Source of the DNA: Eledone cirrhosa
Lineage: Eukaryota
Direction of reading: 5' to 3'
DNA: 64,000 nucleotides
Assembly (NCBI GenBank): GCA_964016885.1
Contig: OZ024755.1
Coordinates: 12,958,001 to 13,022,000 of the forward strand
The position numbers were made by a program, and so were the translations under genes. Below are positions 56,991 to 64,000 of the stretch, piece by piece. Below the pieces are notes generated by a model. That model worked only from the letters and a program-made list of their open reading frames with translations. It ran no database searches and had not been told where the DNA came from. The number at the start of each line of letters is the position of its first letter. Positions within the stretch are counted from its first letter, which is position 1.

Positions 56991-57060
56991 GTAAGCCTTT
57001 AATCTCTTGTTTGTTTTTTATTATTTATAGATTTATTGTGGTGGATTTACTGCAAAAAAG

Positions 57061-57252
57061 GGCGGTGGATTGGCAGTATCAGTAGAGGGTCGGACACCAT
57101 GTTTTAACACATAAAGTTACGGCCCTTGCCATTATGAGTTCAAATCCCGTCGAGGTTAACTTTGCCTTTCATCCTTACGGGGTCGATAAAATAAAGTACC
57201 AGTAATGCACTGGGATAATTGCTGGCCTTGTATCAAAAGTAGAAACAATTAT
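57061..57252 (+). mobile_element. SINE family B
   Basis: ggcggtggattggcagtatc...gtagaaacaattatt. Confidence 0.87.
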
Positions 57253-59107
57253 TTATAGATTTATTGTGAAGATGCATGGCTCGGTGGATAGAGGATTGGG
57301 CTTACAATCATGAACCACATGTCGACATCTAGCTTTCAAAGCACCAACCAGATTACACAGCAAGGCATTGTGTATGACACTATCATTGTTCATATTGAGA
57401 CCTTACAAATATAGTATTAAAGAAACTAGTGATCTGAGAAAGGAAACAAAAGAAATGGAGGAGAAAAAAATATTTTGGATATGTGTTTATTTCTTTTATA
57501 AAAAGAATGAAGTGAAAAGAAAAAGTATACTTCACATAGAAGCTTTAAGTAAACAATTATTTGTGCATGGGTATGTGCATATGTGTTTGTGTGCAGGTAT
57601 GGTCATATGTGTTTGAGTATGGGTTTGTGCATATGTGCTAGTGTGTGGATATGTGCATATATGTTTGTGCGTGTTTATGTGTATACATGTGCATGCACAT
57701 ACCAGCATACTGTTCGTTATTTCTCTATCTCTCTCACTTTTTTCCTGCTACTCAGTATGTATACTCCCCCTTCAACCCATATGTTGTTTCTCTGCAGTAC
57801 TTGAATACTTTCAGGTTTAGAATGTTATTTATATTTTGTACTGCAAAACATTATTGAAAATTACAAAATAGCCCTATGACTGCATTACATTAAAAATCAA
57901 ACTCTTTATTGCAAATTTTCACAATGATTTTTCTACTAGTAAGAATACTATAAACATTTGAATTAACAAATCCATTTTTACATATTTTTTGCTTAATCAT
58001 ATAAAAAATAAATAACTTTGTCATTAGTACACTATGACGGAAGGTTTTTACATAGATATGAACAGAGCTTTGTCTCAATGAACCAGAAGGTGGTTTCACA
58101 AACGGATTATAGCAGTTGCATAGTTGGGGAATATTTTGTTTCACTTTTGACTGTTATCTTTTTGTTATCTTTTCATTACCAATTTTGAATGATTGAAATA
58201 TAGTTTGGAAAATTTTAAAAACCTAAAATGGTTGGGGTGGTGGTTATGGTGGTGATGATGATTATATTAGTGGTGCTACTTTTTGTAGTGGTAGCTTTTG
58301 GTGTTAGCTGTTATAATCATTTAATCACACATTTAATTACACAGTGAACAATTATACACTGTGTAATTATCATCATGTAATTATCACTGTGTAATTATCA
58401 TTGTGTAATTATCAGTGAATTTTTTTTTTTTTTTTTTTTTTTTTTTACATTTCACACCTATGAAGGTTTAGCTGACCTCATATGAGGTTGCATCTCACAA
58501 GAGGTTTCATGGGTGTTTTAGTACCCATCAAAAATGATTGGGTTTATAGTAAAAAATATTTTATTTAATCATTCCTTGATTACAACATTCTATGTAAATA
58601 TACTTGAATCTTCGATTTTCCTTGACCTTCTCCCTCTTGTCTCTCCACTCATTGCCATATTTCATTTTGTATTCATTTAAATCAATTAGAATTATTTCTT
58701 CTATGCTATGCATACATGTTTACTAAATTAATGTGACCTTATTCCAAATATGTATCCTTCATCCATTCATCTTTGGACTGTGATTAGGGTTTAAGATTTG
58801 TTATTGTTATTGTCCCAAGGTGGTAAATATTGTTATTGTCCCACATTGGTAAATATACATAGATAACTATAAATTGACAATGAAACAAACAAATAGATAG
58901 GTAGGTAGACAAAGAGATAGAGATAAATAGACAGACAGACAGATAAGTAGATAGATGGATAGATAGATGTAGTTGTCTGAAGATAGATACATAGGTAGGT
59001 AACTATAGATAGCTGGACATCTTGAGAAAGAGAAGGGATTACTATTTCTCTGTTGGAGTTAGCATAAAGTGGTTGTCACTGACACTTGCTTTTCTTGTAA
59101 ATATATA

Positions 59108-59450
59108 TATCATCATCATCATCATCATTTTACGTCCGCTTTTCCCTGCTTACAAGGGTGGCACGGGAACTGATTCTGGCTTGATTTCTACAGCTGGATG
59201 CTCTTCCTAACACCAACCTCATTTACAGTGAGTGCTGGGTGCTTTTTTGCCGTAGCACCTCCACGACCACTTTGCAGTGGAATGATAGGGATCCCAGTCC
59301 CTATCATCTCATTTCTACAGCTGAGTAAACTGGAGCAATGTGAAATAAAGTGTCTTGCTCAAGGAAACAACACATCACCCGGTCTGAGAATTGAACTCAC
59401 AACCTTTCGATTGCAAGGCCAATGCTCTAACCACTAAACCATGTGCCTCC
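59108..59450 (-). mobile_element. Full-length SINE family A
   Basis: Near-identical to the 11393 and 23504 copies; flanked by short TA runs. Confidence 0.9.
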
Positions 59451-60462
59451 ATATTATATATATAAGAATAACATGAAGAAAGATGCTGATGTTACATAAA
59501 TCGTTTATATATATATATGTCTGCAGTTGTTCATATCTATGCAGTTTTAGTTAGCCTCCTATGAGGTGTTTTCATGGAAGGGGTCCCACTTGTATGCAAA
59601 CATATGTATGTTATTATTACAACATGAGAGCAATGTCATCTTCTCCCTGCCTTTCTCTGTCACACACACCACTCTCTCTCTAAACAAATGGTGTTCCTTT
59701 TCTCTCTCTATCTATGTACATCTCTTTTGCTTGTCGCTCCTCCTCTCTATATAAAGTGAGCATGATGGACAGAGGGACAGACAGACAGCGCACTTATTAT
59801 AATATAAATTACAGCTCACTCTTATGCATGTTTGGCTGGCCTCATACAAGGCTTTATCCCATAGGAGGTTCTTTGGGTGTTTATAATGATACGTGTTGCA
59901 GTCCTACCAGAGAAAGGAAATGTGAACTGAAGTGTCTTGCTCAAGAACACAATGTCCTGCTCAAGTTAAGGAATTGAACCCACAACTTTATGTGTGTGAG
60001 TCAAACACCTTAACCACGAGGTTATGTACTGTCACAATAATTATCACAGTAATTATTACTGTGTAATTATCAATGCCATTTAAGCAATGATCATTAAGAA
60101 ATGTTTTCATTAATTCCATGTTTAGTAATGTGAACAATGAAGTTCCAACAAGAAACTCCCAAAAATGTTTATTTACTTTCTCTGTGTTCCACAGGCAGTC
60201 AGTGTTTACTTGTAAATTAACATACGCTTAAGTAATTAATGTCGTTATCCAAGACTTTAATTAAACTTCACCAACATAAATATTCATTGCTATTATTGTT
60301 TTTACATGTATTGTTTTTATCATCATTTAACAGATGTAAACAATGATGATGATGATGATGATATATGTGTTGTTGCTGTTGTTGATGTTATTTAGTTTTT
60401 CATTGGCTCTGTTCATGTTGATCTATGAGCACAGGCAGGGCTGTGTGGTTGAGTTTACTTCA

Positions 60463-61077
60463 CTGGATTGGCAGTATCGGTAGAGCGTAAGACACCATGC
60501 TGCATAGCATAGAGTTACGGCCCTTTGCGTTCTGAGTTCAAATCCCACTGATGTTAGCTTTGCCCTTCATCCTTACAGGGTTGATAAAATAAAGTACCAG
60601 TAATGCACTGGTGTCAATTTAATCAACTTTCCCCCTCCCCTTCAAATTGCTGGCCTTGTGCCTAAAGTAGAAACAATTATTATATGGACGGTGGATTGGC
60701 AGTATCATTAGAGCGTCTGACACTATGATTTGCAACACCGAGTTATGGCCCTTTACGTTCTGGTTTCAAATCCTTCTGAGGTTAACTTTGCCTCTCATCC
60801 TTACGGAGTCGATAAAATAAAGTACCAGTAATGCACTGGGGTAATTTCTGGCCTTGTGCCAAAAGTAGAAACAATTATTATTATTATGCCTTTCATCCTT
60901 ACGGGGTCAATAAAATAAAGTACCAGTAACGCACTGGGGTAATTTCTGGCCTTGTGCCAAAAGTAGAAACAATTATTATTATTATGCCTTTCATCCTTAC
61001 GGGGTCAATAAAATAAAGTACCAGTAATGCACTGGTTAATTTGCTGGCCTTGTGCCTAAAGTAGAAACAATTATTAT
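60463..61077 (+). mobile_element. Head-to-tail SINE family B multimer
   Basis: Two full copies followed by two roughly 99-bp 3' halves. Confidence 0.87.
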
Positions 61078-61119
61078 GAAATTTTAACTTATTACATGGT
61101 TTGTGGTGGTGTTGATGAT

Positions 61120-64000
61120 AGTGGTGGTGGCAGTGGTGTTGTTGCTGGTGGTGGTGGTGTTGTTGCTGGTGGTGGTGGCAGTGGTGTTGTTGCTGGTGGT
61201 GGTGGCAGTGGTGTTGTTGCTGGTGGTGGTGGCAGTGGTGTTGTTGCTGGTGGTGGTGGCAGTGGTGTTGTTGCTAGTGGTGGTGGCAGTGGTGTTGTTG
61301 CTAGTGGTGGTGGCAGTGGTGTTGTTGCTGGTGGTGGTGGCAGTGGTGTTGTTGCTGGTGGTGGTGGCAGTGGTGTTGTTGCTGGTGGTGGTGGCAGTGG
61401 TGTTGTTGCTGGTAGTGGTGGCAGTGGTGTTGTTGCTGGTGGTGGTGGCAGTGGTGTTGTTGCTGGTGGTGGTGGCAGTGGTGTTGTTGCTGGTGGTGGT
61501 GGCAGTGGTGTTGTTGCTGGTGGTGGTGGCAGTGGTGTTGTTGCTGGTGGTGGTGGCAGTGGTGTTGTTGCTGGTGGTGGTGGCAGTGGTGTTGTTGCTG
61601 GTGGTGGTGGTGGCAGTGGTGTTGTTGCTGGTGGTGGTGGCAGTGGTGTTGTTGCTGGTGGTGGTGGCAGTGGTGTTGTTGCTGGTGGTGGTGGCAGTGG
61701 TGTTGTTGCTGGTGGTGGTGGCAGTGGTGTTGCTGCTAGTGGTGGTGGCAGTGGTGTTGTTGCTGGTGGTGGTGGCAGTGGTGTTGTTGCTGGTGGTGGT
61801 GGTGGCAGTGGTGTTGTTGCTGGTGGTGGTGGCAGTGGTGTTGTTGCTGGTGGTGGTGGCAGTGGTGTTGTTGCTGGTGGTGGTGGCAGTGGTGTTGTTG
61901 CTGGTGGTGGTGGCAGTGGTGTTGCTGCTAGTGGTGGTGGCAGTGGTGTTGTTGCTGGTGGTGGTGGCAGTGGTGTTGTTGCTGGTGGTGGTGGCAGTGG
62001 TGTTGTTGCTAGTGGTGGTGGCAGTGGTGTTGCTGCTAGTGGTGGTGGCAGTGGTGTTGTTGCTGGTGGTGGTGGCAGTGGTGTTGTTGCTGGTAGTGGT
62101 GGCAGTGGTGTTGTTGCTGGTGGTGGTGGCAGTGGTGTTGTTGCTGGTGGTGGTGGTGGCAGTGGTGTTGTTGCTGGTGGTGGTGGCAGTGGTGTTGTTG
62201 CTGGTGGTGGTGGCAGTGGTGTTGTTGCTAGTGGTGGTGGCAGTGGTGTTGCTGCTAGTGGTGGTGGCAGTGGTGTTGTTGCTGGTGGTGGTGGCAGTGG
62301 TGTTGTTGCTGGTAGTGGTGGCAGTGGTGTTGTTGCTGGTGGTGGTGGCAGTGGTGTTGTTGCTGGTGGTGGTGGTGGCAGTGGTGTTGTTGCTGGTAGT
62401 GGTGGCAGTGGTGTTGTTGCTGGTGGTGGTGGCAGTGGTGTTGTTGCTGGTGGTGGTGGTGGCAGTGGTGTTGTTGCTGGTGGTGGTGGCAGTGGTGTTG
62501 TTGCTGGTGGTGGTGGCAGTGGTGTTGTTGCTGGTGGTGGTGGCAGTGGTGTTGTTGCTGGTGGTGGTGGCAGTGGTGTTGTTGCTGGTGGTGGTGGCAG
62601 TGGTGTTGTTGCTGGTGGTGGTGGCAGTGGTGTTGTTGCTGGTGGTGGTGGCAGTGGTGTTGTTGCTGGTGGTGGTGGCAGTGGTGTTGTTGCTGGTGGT
62701 GGTGGTGGCAGTGGTGTTGTTGCTGGTGGTGGTGGCAGTGGTGTTGTTGCTGGTGGTGGTGGCAGTGGTGTTGTTGCTGGTGGTGGTGGCAGTGGTGTTG
62801 TTGCTGGTGGTGGTGGCAGTGGTGTTGTTGCTGGTGGTGGTGGCAGTGGTGTTGTTGCTGGTGGTGGTGGCAGTGGTGTTGTTGCTGGTGGTGGTGGCAG
62901 TGGTGTTGTTGCTGGTGGTGTTGTTGCTGGTGGTGGTGGCAGTGGTGTTGTTGCTGGTGGTGGTGGCAGTGGTGTTGTTGCTAGTGGTGGTGGCAGTGGT
63001 GTTGTTGCTGGTGGTGGTGGCAGTGGTGTTGTTGCTGGTGGTGGTGGCAGTGGTGTTGTTGCTGGTGGTGGTGGCAGTGGTGTTGTTGCTGGTGGTGTTG
63101 TTGCTGGTGGTGGTGGCAGTGGTGTTGTTGCTGGTGGTGGTGGCAGTGGTGTTGTTGCTGGTGGTGGTGGTGGCAGTGGTGTTGTTGCTGGTGGTGGTGG
63201 CAGTGGTGTTGTTGCTGGTGGTGGTGGCAGTGGTGTTGTTGCTGGTGGTGTTGTTGCTGGTGGTGGTGGCAGTGGTGTTGTTGCTGGTGGTGGTGGCAGT
63301 GGTGTTGTTGCTGGTGGTGGTGGCAGTGGTGTTGTTGCTGGTGGTGGTGGCAGTGGTGTTGTTGCTGGTGGTGGTGGCAGTGGTGTTGTTGCTGGTGGTG
63401 GTGGCAGTGGTGTTGTTGCTAGTGGTGGTGGCAGTGGTGTTGTTGCTGGTGGTGGTGGCAGTGGTGTTGTTGCTGGTGGTGGTGGCAGTGGTGTTGTTGC
63501 TGGTGGTGGTGGCAGTGGTGTTGTTGCTGGTGGTGGTGGCAGTGGTGTTGTTGCTGGTGGTGGTGGCAGTGGTGTTGTTGCTGGTGGTGGTGGCAGTGGT
63601 GTTGTTGCTGGTGGTGGTGGCAGTGGTGTTGTTGCTGGTGGTGGTGGCAGTGGTGTTGTTGCTGGTGGTGGTGGCAGTGGTGTTGTTGCTGGTGGTGGTG
63701 GTGGCAGTGGTGTTGTTGCTGGTGGTGGTGGCAGTGGTGTTGTTGCTGGTGGTGGTGGCAGTGGTGTTGTTGCTGGTGGTGGTGGCAGTGGTGTTGTTGC
63801 TGGTGGTGGTGGCAGTGGTGTTGTTGCTGGTGGTGGTGGCAGTGGTGTTGTTGCTGGTGGTGGTGGCAGTGGTGTTGTTGCTGGTGGTGGTGGCAGTGGT
63901 GTTGTTGCTGGTGGTGTTGTTGCTGGTGGTGGTGGCAGTGGTGTTGTTGCTGGTGGTGGTGGCAGTGGTGTTGTTGCTAGTGGTGGTGGCAGTGGTGTTG
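61120..64000. repeat. 27-bp minisatellite, more than 100 units, running off the window end
   Basis: ggtggtggtggcagtggtgttgttgct. Confidence 0.98.

Overview
AT-rich, microsatellite-dense eukaryotic DNA, most likely an Octopus-type cephalopod (inferred from SINE/RTE content; not provable from the window). The only confident host gene is the 3' part of DRC1/CCDC164 (+ strand, 9 exons, 462-11967). I assembled it by hand from GT-AG junctions whose phases all match. Its penultimate exon end and splice donor have been amplified into a 21-copy tandem array. The rest is intron/intergenic DNA containing RTE and CRE-like LINE relics, several SINE families (one sharing the RTE 3' tail), piggyBac-, Tc1/pogo- and hAT-like MITEs, a non-autonomous Helitron, (TA)n fields and minisatellites. 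The most unusual signal is a set of short foldback elements lodged in (TA)n/(CA)n tracts. Several carry hammerhead-ribozyme cores (CTGATGA-stem-GAAA), as in Penelope-like elements. Most long ORFs in the track are repeat artefacts. Protein and family comparisons are from memory, not from database searches.
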